A DNA stretch of 64,000 nt from Eledone cirrhosa (Eukaryota). The notes below the pieces were generated by a model. The model did not search any database, was not told the origin of the DNA, and worked only from the letters and a program-made list of their open reading frames with translations. Below are positions 28,329-42,700 of this stretch, one piece after another (position 1 is the stretch's first letter; every line of letters begins with the position of its first letter). The stretch is taken from the NCBI GenBank assembly GCA_964016885.1, contig CAXHJY010001474.1, positions 20,431 to 84,430 of the forward strand. The letters are read 5' to 3'. The position numbers and the translations under genes are program-made.

Positions 28329-28711
28329 TGAAGTAACGAGTTGTGGAGTGACCGTTAGATATAGGGTCCAGCTACGAAATCAATAAATAAGCTGACATAG
28401 CACAGCAAGAGGATGGGGCTGTTTAAGAGTGAAGAGGATTAGTGGAGCTACCCGTATCTCTTTAAAAGTGCTGCAATCTCTTTGGCGGGGTCCTGACCAA
28501 GGAAATGCAGACTGCCTTCTAAATAAATCCGAGCAAGGCAGAAAAAATCTGCCCTAAGTTGATAAGTAGCAGCATCAGCTGCGATGCCACAAATGATCTA
28601 AACGTGAGCAATGAATGACCCCTCCCCTTTACTAGTGTCCAAGAGCATCTTTCAATAAAACAATGGATTACCTGAGAATACCTGAGAAGTGAGATATTTC
28701 CAACCTCTTCA
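28329..28711 (+). mobile_element. Possible solo LTR
   Basis: Non-repetitive block bounded by TGAAG...CTTCA with AATAAA near the 3' end; no TSD seen. Confidence 0.3.
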
Positions 28712-28854
28712 GAAGAGGAAGAACATAATTGGATGAAAAGTAATAAATTCTATGTAGGTTATGAATAGATAGATATATAGATATGAATATATTATTTATT
28801 AATATATAAATGACCCACAGTATATTGGGACACTAATGATTATTTAATAACCTC

Positions 28855-30115
28855 TGCACCAACACCAGAAGCGACACCAACACCAACACCAACAGCGACA
28901 CCAACACCACCACCAACACCACCAACGCCACCAACGCCACCACCAACACCACCAACACCACCAACGCCACCACCAACACCACTAACACCACCAATAACAC
29001 CAACAACACCAACAGCGACACCAACACCACCACCAACACCACCAACACCACCAACGCCACCACCAACACCACTAACACCACCAATAACACCAACAACACC
29101 AACAGCGACACCAACACCACCACCAACACCACCAACACCACCAACGCCACCACCAACACCACCAACGCCACCACCAACACCACTAACACCACCAATAACA
29201 CCAACAACACCAACAGCGACACCAACACCACCACCAACACCACCAACACCAACAATAACACCAACAACATCACCAACAGTGATACCAACACCAACACCAA
29301 CACCACCAACGCCACCACGAACACCACCAACACCACCAACGCCACCACGAACACCACCAACACCACCAACGCCACCACCAACACCACCAACATCAACAAT
29401 AACACCAACAACATCACCAACAGTGACACCAACACCAACACCAACACCACCACCAACACCACCACCACCAACACCACCAACACCAACACCACCAACGCCA
29501 CCACCAACACCACCATCACCACCACCACCAACACCAACACCACCAACACCACCAACACCACCAACACCACCAACAACACCAACAACATCACCAACACCAA
29601 TAACATCATCAACAGTGACACCAACACCACCAACAACACCATCATAACTAACACCAACACCACCACCACCATCATAACTAACACCAACACCAACACCACC
29701 ACCACCACCATCATAACTAACACCACCAACACCACCACCACCATCATAACTAACACCAACACCAACACCACCACCATCATAACTAACACCACCACCACCA
29801 CCACCACCATCATAACTAACACCAACACCAACACCACCACCACCACCACCATTACTAACACCAACACCACCACCACCACCATCATTACTAACACCAACAC
29901 CACCACCAACACCACCACCATCATTACTAACACCAACACCACCACCACCACCACCACCACCATTACTAACACCACCACCACCACCACCACCACCATCATA
30001 ACTAACACCACCACCACCACCACCACCATCATAACTAACAACAACACCACCACCACCACCACCATCATAACTAACACCACCACCACCACCACCATCATAA
30101 CTAACAACAACACCA
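28855..30115. repeat. (CCA/CAA)n array with higher-order units
   Basis: Directly visible; source of the Gly/Val-rich ORFs. Confidence 0.9.
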
Positions 30116-31132
30116 GCTGCTCTCAAAGTGACTTACAATTGCTACTCAAGTCATATCAATGATTTAACAGAAATACCGAAATTACTGGTTTATTTTATAT
30201 TATAAACCTTTCGTTTCGTCGACAGATTAAGTTGAAACAGGTTTCAAAAGTAACGGTTTAAATCTAATCCCTTCAGTTATAGCAATTAATTGGAAGTAGA
30301 TTCTTTCTCTATAGAATTGTGACCAACTGTCAGACTGTGCCATAGACCTCTGCTTCGAGACACCTCAGGGCAAGGATTACCACAAACAAAGAATCGGAAT
30401 ATATGTCGTCCTGTCTTCCTAACAGCTGTCACTGTCTTATTTCTTTTTTCTCTTTTCTTTTTTACCTGATGTCAGTAGATTTTAAAAGAATTGTAGTAAT
30501 CAATGCCAAAGAAGGTGAATTAACAGAGTCGTTAGATGAATTGGCAGAGTAGTTAGAATGTCGGTTGACATGCTTTGCAATATTTGTTTCAAATCTCTGC
30601 TCTCTGAGTTCAAATCCTGCCGGGGGGTCAGCTTTGACTTTCATTTATTTAAGGTCGATAAAAAAAGTACCAGTCTAATACTGATGTTCATTCTCCCTCT
30701 ATATCGGAGGTTCTCAAAATTTTGGGCCACCACCTCGCTCACAAAAGCAAGATGATGTAGGACAGAACAAAGGAGAGACAAAATAAGAATTCAGTCACTG
30801 AGGAGGTCACAGAATGTGTGAAGAAAGACGTTTGATAATATATAAACAACCATCCGGTTATTGAACCAACCAACCGGAAATTTATAATAAATTGAAGTGA
30901 ATACCGACAGGTGCGTGTGTTTTATTGGCAGCCTGACCCTCCCAAAGTATAACAATATCTGTTTCAACACACATTTTAAGATAAGAAATCTTACAAAACA
31001 AATTCAAAAATAAAGTATATATATGTGTGTGAGAGAGAGAGAGAGAGTCTCGGGTTCAATCGGGGATAACAACAGTAAGTAAGGTACTCAATACATAGCA
31101 GAGTGTAAACATCAAGTTTAATATAGAAATGA

Positions 31133-31223
31133 CTTCTACAGGACTAGAACTGCTTCATTCCAAAGAAATCATCAGACCTTCCTGATGATTTCCTTTAATG
31201 AAACAGTTCTAGTTCTGTAGAAG
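31133..31223. mobile_element. Small fold-back with hammerhead core (CTGATGA 31182, GAAA 31200)
   Basis: Arms CTTCTACAGGACTAGAACTG.TTCATT..AATCATCAG / CTGATGATT..AATGAAACAGTTCTAG..CTGTAGAAG; related copy 35533-35601. Confidence 0.6.
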
Positions 31224-31253
31224 CCTTTTCTATATATATATATATATATATAT

Positions 31254-31433
31254 AACGAAGGAAATGTGGTAAGGAACCAGGTGGACCATAACGCACCAAA
31301 GTACTCAATACTTGAGGTAGTAGAGTGGGTAATAGGAACCAGTAAGACCCCGACAGCTGAGCTCAAGCCGTTTCGACGGCTAATTCTAGCCGTCGAAACG
31401 GCTTGAGCTCAGCTGTCGGGGGTCTTACTGGTT

Positions 31434-31435
<2 letters not shown>
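31254..31435 (-). mobile_element. F1 fold-back element copy
   Basis: Nearly identical to 4217-4414 with a different turnaround point. Confidence 0.9.
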
Positions 31436-31486
<51 letters not shown>

Positions 31487-31533
31487 CTGAGACGAGTTAA
31501 ATATATTAATACATACATACATATATACGTGTG

Positions 31534-31602
<69 letters not shown>

Positions 31603-31799
31603 ATATAGTTTAACTCTTCTCAGTCACCTGATCCACGTGTAATATTTTAGTTTTCCAAATTACTTGATCTATAATTTCACAAGGGAGATTAATTAGCTAT
31701 AAGACAGGAAGAGAAAAAATGTTGGCACTTCTGTGGATATCTTACATGTGTGAGAGAATGTTTGTAAAGGTATTTGAGTGTTATGGTGTGTGTGTGCGC

Positions 31800-31859
<60 letters not shown>

Positions 31860-31917
31860 GTGTGTGTGTACGTGCGTGTGTGCGTGTGTGTGTGTGCGTG
31901 CGTGCGTGTGTGTGTGT

Positions 31918-31954
<37 letters not shown>

Positions 31955-32018
31955 CAGATGGATTTGTTGAACAAGAGACGAAGAGATAAAATAACGATAG
32001 GCGGGAATATACATACAT

Positions 32019-32061
<43 letters not shown>

Positions 32062-32226
32062 TATATATACGTGTTTGTGTGTATGTGTATGTGTGTGTGT
32101 AAGTATATATATGCAGTAGAATGGGTGTATGTACATGTCTGGATGCGTGTCAATCTATTTCTATCTATTTATGATATATATATATATACACACACATCTG
32201 CACACACAGATTCATATATACACACA

Positions 32227-32288
<62 letters not shown>

Positions 32289-32758
32289 TGTTTGTGTGTG
32301 TGTGTGTGTGCATGTATATGTGTGTAGGAGAATGGATGTACGTGCATGTCTGCATGAGAGCCTATCTAGTCTATCTATAATATATATGTACATATATGCG
32401 TAGATATATATGTGCGTGTGTGTGTGTATTGGTTTCTACTTTAGGCACATGCCCAACAATTTGAAGAGAGGGCAAAGTTGACCTCAGCAGGATTTGAACT
32501 CAGAATATAAAATACCGAAACTAAATACCGTGAAGAATTTTAGCCAACGTTCTTCCAATTCTGCCAATTCACCGCTCTCTCTCTCTATCTATCTATCTCT
32601 CTTTCTCTCTCTCTCTCACACACACACACATACTTTCTCTATATATATATACATCTATATATATATATATCTGTGTTTATATTTGTATGTGTGTGAGAGA
32701 GAGAGAAAGAGGAGAGGAGAGATGGATGGATGGATGGATGGATAGATAGATAGATAGA

Positions 32759-33249
32759 TTTCTTTATTAGCCACAGGGGCACAAAAGAAGGGGACAAATA
32801 CAAAGGGGGAAGTTTACATACAATAAAAACGTGTAAAATGTTATCACAAATGGAATTTAAAAAGTTAGTCGATTTTCCCCAATAAGGGGAGACAGTTTAT
32901 ATGGGTAACACATAGCCCCGAAAAAAAATGTGCAACCCTCAACTCCAGGAGTACGAAGAGTTTGTACTCCTTTCCTCTCCTCCTCCTTTTCCTCAACCTA
33001 CAGGCTGATATAGAGAGAAGGCCCATTCACTCGGGCCATTCTCGCCACTTTCACCCACCTTTCATAAAACTTGCTGGGGTACAGCACCTCTCTCTCCATC
33101 CTGATTCTTCTTCCAAAGTGGTATTTGAAAAAAAGAATCAGTTGTTGGCCGGAGAGAAAGGTGTCTGACCTCAGCCCTTTCAACCTTGTCCACCATACAA
33201 CCTCTTTCGCCATAGCTATCACACAAAGGAAAACCGCCTCTCCTTCGTT
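32759..33249 (-). mobile_element. 5'-truncated Tx1/L1-like LINE in (GATA)n
   Basis: Near-identical to the 3' end of 56786-57919; encodes ..WWTRLKGLRSDT...VARMARVNGPSLYISL*. Confidence 0.85.
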
Positions 33250-33319
33250 AGATAGATAGATAGATAGATTTCTTTATTTAGATAGATAGATATATAGATA
33301 GATAGATAGATAGATAGAT

Positions 33320-34050
33320 AGACCAACAACAAGACTAACAACAACAACAAGACCAACAACAACAAGATCAACAACAACAAAACCAACAACAAGACTAACA
33401 ACAACAACAAGACCAACAACAACAAGATCAACAAGACCAACAACAACAAGACCAACAACAACAAGACTAATAACAACAACAAGACCAACAACAACAAGAT
33501 CAACAACAAGACCAACAACAACAAGACTAACAACAACAAGATCAACAACAACAACAAGACCAACAACAACAAGATCAACAACAACAAAACCAACAACAAC
33601 AAGACTAACAACAACAAGACTAACAACAACAACAAGACCAACAACAACAAGATCAACAACAACAAAACCAACAACAACAAGACTAACAACAAGACTAACA
33701 ACAACAACAAGACCAACAACAAGATCAACAACAACAAAACCAACAACAAGACTAACAACAACAAAACTAACAACAACAACAAGACCAACAACAACAAGAC
33801 TAACAACAACAAGATCAACAACAACAACAAGACCAACAACAAGATCAACAACAAGACTAACAACAACAAGACTAACAACAACAAGACTAACAACAACAAG
33901 ACTAATAACAACAACAAGACTAACAACAACAAGACTAACAACAACAAGACTAATAACAACAACAAGACTAATAACAACAACAAAACTAACTCCAAGAACA
34001 CCAACAACAGCAACAACAACAAGGCTAACAACACCAACAACAACAACAAA
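33320..34050. repeat. (CAA)n array with GAC/GAT interruptions
   Basis: Directly visible. Confidence 0.9.
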
Positions 34051-34281
34051 CAGGTCCTGTTCAATTGTTCACCTCAAAAGCTTCACTAAGGAAATGAAAG
34101 AATTTGAAAACAAAAACATATTCTTTGGTTTGAAATACTTTAGGGAGAGGCGTTCATTGAAGTAATCCTTACTGCTCTGATCACTGCACAATCTGTCCTA
34201 TAGTCGTATATGTGTGTGTGTATGTGTATATATATGTGTGTGTATATATATATCTGTGTAAATATGTGTGTGTCTGTGTGC

Positions 34282-34351
<70 letters not shown>

Positions 34352-34595
34352 TAAGAAATGATCGTCTGTTCGTGTGTTAGTAATCTGTTCTCTTTTCTTT
34401 TTGCTTTCTTCTTTTTCTTTATCTATCTCTCCCTTTCTTTTCTCCACGTTTCTCTCTCTCTCTCCATCGTTTTACTTACTCTTAGCACTATGACTTACTA
34501 AAGTAAACAAATCACTATCCTGATGGCCTCCAAAAGCAACGGTCAATTTTTAAAGGGTACGTCAATGTCTATTTATAAAACTGTGATGTATTGTA

Positions 34596-34656
34596 TTTTG
34601 TCTGATGAAGGCATACCATAATGTAACTTGGTATCCTTGAAATATATATAATGAAA
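34596..34656 (+). ncRNA. Minimal hammerhead ribozyme
   Basis: TTTTGT-CTGATGA-AGGCATACCA..TGGTATCCTT-GAAA-TATATA-TA|ATGAAA. Confidence 0.75.
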
Positions 34657-34697
34657 TAAATATGGTTTTATAAATATAGTTTCCATTTATTAATATC

Positions 34698-34737
<40 letters not shown>

Positions 34738-34744
<7 letters not shown>

Positions 34745-35022
34745 AAAGTCTGTCTTAAGCCAGAAGGCTCATTTGGCCAGTGCTTATCCCGGTTTCATGG
34801 CGTGAAGAGACTGAGAGTACAAGACTCCCTCCTGGACAAGACGCCAGTCCATCGCAGGGTTAAACCTCCAGCTATTGCTGGTACTCATTTTCAGCTGAGT
34901 ATACTGGAGTAACGTGAAATAAAGTGTCTTGCTCAAGGAAACAACACATCACCCGGTCCGAGAATTTAACCCACAACCTTTCGATTGCAAGCCTAATGCT
35001 CTAACCACTAAGCCATGTGCCT
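34738..35022 (-). mobile_element. S2 SINE
   Basis: Reverse-complement homolog of 17793-18072. Confidence 0.85.
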
Positions 35023-35023
35023 T

Positions 35024-35234
<211 letters not shown>

Positions 35235-35240
35235 CGTGTG

Positions 35241-35291
<51 letters not shown>

Positions 35292-35599
35292 TAAGAAATG
35301 ACCGTCTGTCCGTGTGTTAGTAATCCTTACTACTTTGTTCACTTGACAATCTGTTTATATTGGTATATATGTGTGTATAGGTGTATGTCTGTGACCACAC
35401 CGAGAGAGAGAGAGGAGGGCGAGGGGAGGGGAGGGGAGATATATACCCGAGTTGTGTCGAGGAGTAACACCAGATAAAAAAGGTACTCGATACATTGGTA
35501 GAGTAAAGGCATCTTTATTATATTTATAAAAATGACTTCTACAGTACTAGAACTGTTACATTCGTATGAATGAATGAAACAGTTCTAGCCCTGTAGAAG

Positions 35600-35680
<81 letters not shown>

Positions 35681-35683
35681 TGT

Positions 35684-35727
<44 letters not shown>

Positions 35728-36575
35728 TTCTATAAGAGTCCAGCTTCTATGACTCTCGTCAGAAGCGAAGAGGTATGTAGTCTTGCCAACCGCTTATGAG
35801 CGAGTAGCGGGACCGTCGATTACTCCCCTTTGTTTTTGCCGAGACTAGGTAAGTGACATAGTCACTACTTTAAAATTCATAGCGAATGGTCTTCAAAATG
35901 TTTAAATGAACATACAGTATATTATCAAATATACTATACGTACATTCATATATGCATCGCTATTTCTGAGCACCAATACTAATTCCTATATATATATATG
36001 CGCATGTATTGTTTTTTGGCGGTAGTCTCCGTCCTCCCATTTTCGGGACAGTGTGAGATTTTCTTTAGAACTGCTGGACTAACAACCTAGCAGCTCCCTC
36101 AAGCACTGATGCTGATTATCGCTAAATATTGATGTTGATTTGGTTATCAATATTAATATTATTGGGCACCCACTGAAGAATTATAAGAGCCCACTTGAAT
36201 AAGTATCTGTTGATCTTATACAAGCTTCTACATAATTTGGTATAATTTCACCCAACTTGTAGAAATCTTATAGTTAAACGAGTCGTCTGGGAAGAGATAT
36301 ATTTGATATATCTCATATGAAATGATACAGCCAATTATCCACACAATACAATTAGTTAGCACCCCGAACGTTTAATTAGGAATATACTCAGGTATTTCCG
36401 AATGTTTGTTGAGTGAGTTGGAATGTGGCCGGAGTATCGCTATTAGCTTTATCCGATAATGTATTTATATATATATATATGTATATATATATATGTAGGA
36501 GGTGAGTTTTATTGTAGTACAATAAAGCAATGCAGATACCGGATAAGTAGCACTCTACAGTTTGTAGGACTGGAG

Positions 36576-36929
36576 TATAAATAATATAAGATCAAAAGAT
36601 GGTTAAAAGAGTTCCATGTATTTTATTATGCGCATTTCAAAAACAAATATCATCATGAGATGACATTTGCGTTTTCGTCAGATAAAATAGGGAGACATGA
36701 TATGAAGGTTAAAAAACACTTGTGAATAGTGCAGTTTTAAATCAACATATCAACATATGTTGATTTAAAACTGCACTATTCACAAGTGTTTTTTAACCTT
36801 CATCTCATGTCTCCCTATTTTATCTGACGAAAACGCAAATGTCATCTCATGATGATATTTGTTTTTGAAATGCGCATAATAAAATACATGGAACTCTTTT
36901 AACCATCTTTTGATCTTATATTATTTATA
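36576..36929. mobile_element. 354-bp palindrome with hammerheads on both strands
   Basis: 175-bp arms with about one mismatch and a 4-nt spacer at 36751-36754. Confidence 0.9.
36816..36886 (+). ncRNA. Hammerhead ribozyme (mirror copy on - strand 36619-36689)
   Basis: TATTTTAT-CTGACGA-AAACGCAAATGTCATC..GATGATATTTGTTTTT-GAAA-TGCGCA-TA|ATAAAATA. Confidence 0.9.
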
Positions 36930-37411
36930 TATATATAGTTAAAAAAACAAACAAACAAGGGGATGCAAAAATACAATGTCTTATTAGGTTCACGCTCAGA
37001 GGAAATGGAGGAGAGTTCTACGTTTCAGACGGAAGGCCTTTATCAGAGAAGTCCGGATAGGAAGAGAACAGGTAGGTATATGAAAGTTATGTGTGAAAGT
37101 TAGGAAAGAAAGATTATATGTGTGTGTGTGGGGGGGGGGGTTGAAATGGACGCGTGTTAGCGCTAAAATATATAAATACAGTATGAGCAGATACTATGCG
37201 CAGTTACATAAAACCAACAGACGGCTGCATCTTTACCTCATCAGCCACCTTGTCCCATGCAATTTCGCGCATTAATATAGATATATTTGTGAGAGAGGGG
37301 GAAGAGAGAGAGAGAGAGAAAGAGAGAAATGGGGGAGAGAGAGAGAGAGAGAAGCTATATATATATATAGAGAGAGAGAGAGCGAAAGAGAGAGAGAGAG
37401 AGACGCTAATG

Positions 37412-37600
37412 ATAATTGTTTCTACTTTAGGCACAAGGCCAGCAATTACCCAGTGCATTACTGGTACTTTATTTTATCGACCCCGTAAGGATGAAAGGCA
37501 AAGTTAACCTCGGCCGGATTTGAACTCATGAAGTAAAGGGCCATAACTCTATGCTGCAAAGCACGGTGTCTGATGCTCTACCGATACTGCCAATCTACCA
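37412..37600 (-). mobile_element. S1 SINE
   Basis: Full-length reverse copy. Confidence 0.85.
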
Positions 37601-37614
37601 CCCTAGACATTAAT

Positions 37615-38350
37615 GATTATGATGAAGAGGGCGAGTGGCAGGACGATGTTGATGATAATGATGGTGATGATGATGGTGGTGATGATGATGGTGATGATGA
37701 TGATGGTGATGATGATGGTGATGGTGGTGGTGATGGTGATGATGATGGTGATGATGGTGGTGATGGTGGTGGTGATGATGGTGATGGTGATGATGGTGAT
37801 GATGGTGATGGTGGTGGTGAGGATGACGATGATGATGGTGATGATGACGATGGTGGTGGTGATGATGATCGTGATGATGATGATGGTGGTGATGGTGATG
37901 GTGGTGGTGATGATGATGATGGTGGTAGTGGTGATGATGATGGTGATGATGATGATGATGGTGATGATGATGGTGATGATGATGATGATGATGGTGATGA
38001 TGGTGATGATGGTGATGATGGTGATGGTGGTGGTGATGATGATGGTGATGATGGTGATGGTGGTGGTGATGATGATGGTGATGATGATGATGGTGATGAT
38101 GGTGATGGTGGTGGTGATGACGATGGTGATGACGATGATGATGATGGTGGTAGTGATGATGATGATGATGATGATGATGGTGATGATGGTGATGATGATG
38201 GTGATGGTGGTGATGATGACACTGCTGCTACAGATAATGATGATGATGATAATGATGACACTGCTGCTACTGATGATGATGATGATGACTGTTATGATAG
38301 TTATGATGATGATGACGATACTGTTGATGGTGATGATGATGATGATGATG
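37615..38350. repeat. (GAT/GGT)n array
   Basis: Directly visible. Confidence 0.9.
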
Positions 38351-38588
38351 ATTTCGCCCTCAGATCGATAAGTATCTTCACTTCAATTCACTCCATACAT
38401 TAATAGCTAGCACTAATTAATATAATTAAGCTCACATTGTAAGACAAGGGTCAAAGTTCAGATTATATGTGTGTGTGCATGTGTATATATGTGTATATAT
38501 GTGTGTATATATGTGTGTATATGTGTGTATATATGTTTATAGGTGTGTATATGTGTGTGTATGTGTGTGTATGTGTGTAAAGGTGTGT

Positions 38589-38643
<55 letters not shown>

Positions 38644-38791
38644 GCATGTATACGGCTATACATACATCCACACATATATATATAGCTACATACACACACA
38701 CACACACACACATATATATGTATGTATGTGTGTGTGTGTGTGTGTATTTAGTTCCATATATGTGTGTATGCATGTATAGCCGTATATATGC

Positions 38792-38864
<73 letters not shown>

Positions 38865-38930
38865 CATATATATATATACATACATATATATATATACATA
38901 TATATGCATACATACACACACATATATATA

Positions 38931-38965
<35 letters not shown>

Positions 38966-39017
38966 GTGTGTATTTGTGTGTATATATGTGTGTATGTGTG
39001 TGTATATATGTTTATAG

Positions 39018-39076
<59 letters not shown>

Positions 39077-39515
39077 CATATATATACATACATATATACA
39101 ATGTTTAGCTAAGTATATTATATTATGATATCTCTCGCCCAATTAGATTGTACTGACACCGTAACTGTCAGATCACAAATTAACTTCGACTTTATTTCTC
39201 TGCCGGTGTTGAAATCAATACTGAAATATTAATAGATTTAATTAAGACAGCAAAACGAGGATTTTAACTGAGAAGGGAAGTACTGCTCTTGTGTGACATT
39301 CTAAAGCATTCTAGAGCATTCTACGGCATTCTGAAGTACCGAGGTATCACATGCCGCCCTTTCTTTCAACCTTGAAGAATTTTCTAGATTTACGGAAAGT
39401 TTATTTCTAGAAACTCCTGAGAGATTATCACTGAATAAAATTAAAATTAAAGATTTTGTTTTTGATCATGGTGAGTTCAGTTGGGTTCGAGGTGTGTTTA
39501 TATATAGATAGATAG

Positions 39516-39583
<68 letters not shown>

Positions 39584-39726
39584 ACGTGTGTGTGGGTGTG
39601 TGGGTGTGTGTGTGTGCACGTGTGTGTGTGTGTCTGTGTGTGTGTGTTTGTGCTTACAGATATACTCTTTTACTATTTTACCTGTTTCAGCCATTCGGCT
39701 GAGGCCATGCTGGGGCACCGCCCTTG

Positions 39727-39767
<41 letters not shown>

Positions 39768-39770
<3 letters not shown>

Positions 39771-42700
39771 TAAACCTTACATTCTCGCTATCACTATTAT
39801 ATATTCCTTTAAATATAATTTGTTAAACTTGCTAAGTTTTACGCAAATCTTCGAGTACCTATTTAAACTTTTAACCTCTGCTCCATCCCATATTCTACCC
39901 CCTACCCATTCATCATGCTGGTTCCTGCCCCCCCCCCTCCCTCTCTATACATATAAGATAAAACCCTACCAAAATTAATCAAAATCGCCAACTCGCTATT
40001 TCTGGGATGGCTGTTCCCTTCGGTATAAAGTAACGTTCAAATTTTTCTCGATTCTTCTCTCCATTCGAACCCATTCATTCAATCACTTCTATGTCCTAAT
40101 TTCACACTATATCATATTTTCACCATCCTATATCATATCTTTTCTCTAAAAATCATATTTCCCCTATCACCGCATTTTCTCTACCGTATTTTCTTAAACA
40201 AAACAAATCTTGTATTTTCGTTTATTGTTAAATTATGCCCAAAATTTTTTCTCGATTCTTCTCTCCATTCGAACCCATTCATTCAATCACTTCTATGTCC
40301 TAAATTCACACTATATCATATTTTCACCATTATATATCATATCTTTTCTCTAAAAATCATATTTTCCCTATCACCGCATTTTCTCTATCGTAATTTCTTA
40401 AACAAAACAAATCTTGTATTTTCGTTTATTGTTAAATCATGCCCAAAATACGGCGATCTTATCTTAAACCTTACATTCTCGCTAACAACCCATCATCCCT
40501 CCCTCCCGCCCCCACGCACCACCATTATTACGTGGACCAATCATAAGTCAGAGGCCCATACTATCGCTTAACTGGTTGCTTTTCGATATGATGGATGGAC
40601 TACGGAATTCTGGAGAGTTGAAGAGAGAAAAATGTGGACGCTCAGCGACAATGCCAAAGATAAAGCCAAATTCACCTCGTGGACGAGAATGCAAGCACTC
40701 CTCCTTGTTTCGGCCCAGGATGGCTAACATAACCCCATCCCCCCCCCCCGCGCCCCACCGCTCCCACCCTCCAAACGCAATCCAAAACTTCAGAGTTGGT
40801 ACCATGAATGTAGGCACCTTAAAGGGTCGCTCTAACGAGGTTGTAGAAATGCTTGAACGTAAGGAGGTCGATGTTTGTTGTATTCAAGAGACCAGGTGGA
40901 GGGGAGTGTCGGCTAGATTCATCGTGGGTAAAGAGCGATGCTATAAGCTTTTCTGGGTGGGAAATGACAATGGGTTGGGTGGGGTAGGAATCATGGTAGC
41001 AGAAAAGTGGGCAGATAAGATAATAGACGTAAATAGAGTGAACGACAGAATAATTAAAATAAGACTTGTCCTCAATAAAACTACGGTGACAGTAATATCT
41101 GCGTACGCACCCCAATCCGGACTGCCCCGCGCTATAAAAGACAGATTCTACGAGACACTGATGCTCGCTACCTCCCAAATAACCGACAGTGACTATATAG
41201 TTATTGCAGGCGACCTAAATGGTCACGTTGGACAACATTGTGACGGCTATGACGGAATCCATGGAGGCTATGGGTTCGGTACTAGAAATGAGGAAGGCTC
41301 CAGAATCCTGGAATTCTGCGACGCAAATAACTTAACTATCTGTAACACTAACTTCAAAAAACGAGACAATCACTTGATCACCTATAGATCGGGGGAACAC
41401 ACAAGCCAGGTAGATTATATCCTTACCAGAAGACGTGACAGAGTGTCTGTTGTTAACACTAAATCCCACCCCCATGAAGAATTCACCTCCCAACATAGAC
41501 TGATAATTAGCGACCTCATAGTCAGGACGAGACGTACTAGACAGCGAAAGAGGACTATCCTCAGGAGAAAAATATGGAAGCTAAAGGACCCCATAGCCAG
41601 AAATAAATTTCAAAGCAAATTACTTGACGCTTTCGACAGTAAGGAAGAGCAATTAGAGTCGTATAATATAGAGGAACAGTGGGAATTCCTGAGAGCAAAC
41701 CTGCTGACGGCGGCAGACGAAGTCTGTGGCTGGAGCAGGCCTGTAGGTAGGAGGAGAGTAACATGGTGGTGGAACAGTAAGGTGGAGGAGTCAATTAAGG
41801 CCAAAAAGCAGGCTTGGAAAGTATGGCGGGATGGGGGAAGTAGAGAAGACTATCAAGTGGCCAGGAGGGAAGCTAGGAGACAAGTGTACTTCGCAAGAAG
41901 GGAAGCAGAGGAAAGAAAGTTCAAGCATGTTCTACAACGTGAGGACCAAAAACGTGAGGTGTTCAGGATTGCCAGGCAATGTGTCAAGGAAAACCGTGAT
42001 ATTGTCGGGGAGAAGTGTGTACTTAACGATGATGGCATACTTGCCATCACCGACGCTGATAAGAAGGTAGCTTGGAAGTGTCACTACGAAAGGCTTCTAA
42101 ATGAGAACAAATGGGAGAAAGACAGTCTCCCCCAGATCGATCCAATAGAGGGACCAGCAGTGTTAGTTGAAGGTAGTATAATAAGTAAGGCAATCAAAGA
42201 TATGAAGACGGGTAAGGCGGCTGGGCCTTCGGAAATAGTTGCTGAGATGCTGAAGGCATCTGGTTCGGTGGGACACACCATGGTCACCCGGATAGTTAAC
42301 CAAGTCGTACAGAATGGGGTTGTTCCGAAGGAATGGCGTAGCAGCATCATCGTTAACTGCTATAAGGGAAAAGGAGATGCCCTAGATAGGAGTAACTATA
42401 GAGGCATTAAATTAATCGACCAGGTCATGAAGGTCACGGAAAAAGTAATAGCGCAACTAATCAGAGAGAGAATTGATCTAGATGAAATGCAGTTCGGGTT
42501 TGTGTCAGGCAAAAGTACCACAGACGCTCTTTTCGTTGTACGACAACTACAGGAGAAGTACCTAGCTAAAAGTAAACCCCTATACTTAGCTTTTGTCGAC
42601 TTGGAGAAAGCCTTCGACAGAGTCCCCCGTTCCATTATCTGGTGGTCTCTTAGAAAACTAGGTGTTGACGAATGGCTTGTGAGAGCTATACAAGCCATGT

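Noticed and set aside
28833-30126. Gly/Val-rich 428-aa ORF with GGGGVSYD repeats resembling a structural protein
   Set aside because: Trinucleotide-derived array with overlapping open frames and no signal peptide or splice context; not supportable without RNA evidence.
35736-35766. Minus-strand CTGACGA-GAGTC...GACTC hammerhead
   Set aside because: Only the 5' half is present; GAAA and stem I' are missing.
40540-40740. HDV-like ribozyme in the RTE 5' region
   Set aside because: CACCTCGTGG and GGCTAA resemble parts of the motif, but a consistent P1/P2 double pseudoknot could not be built by eye.
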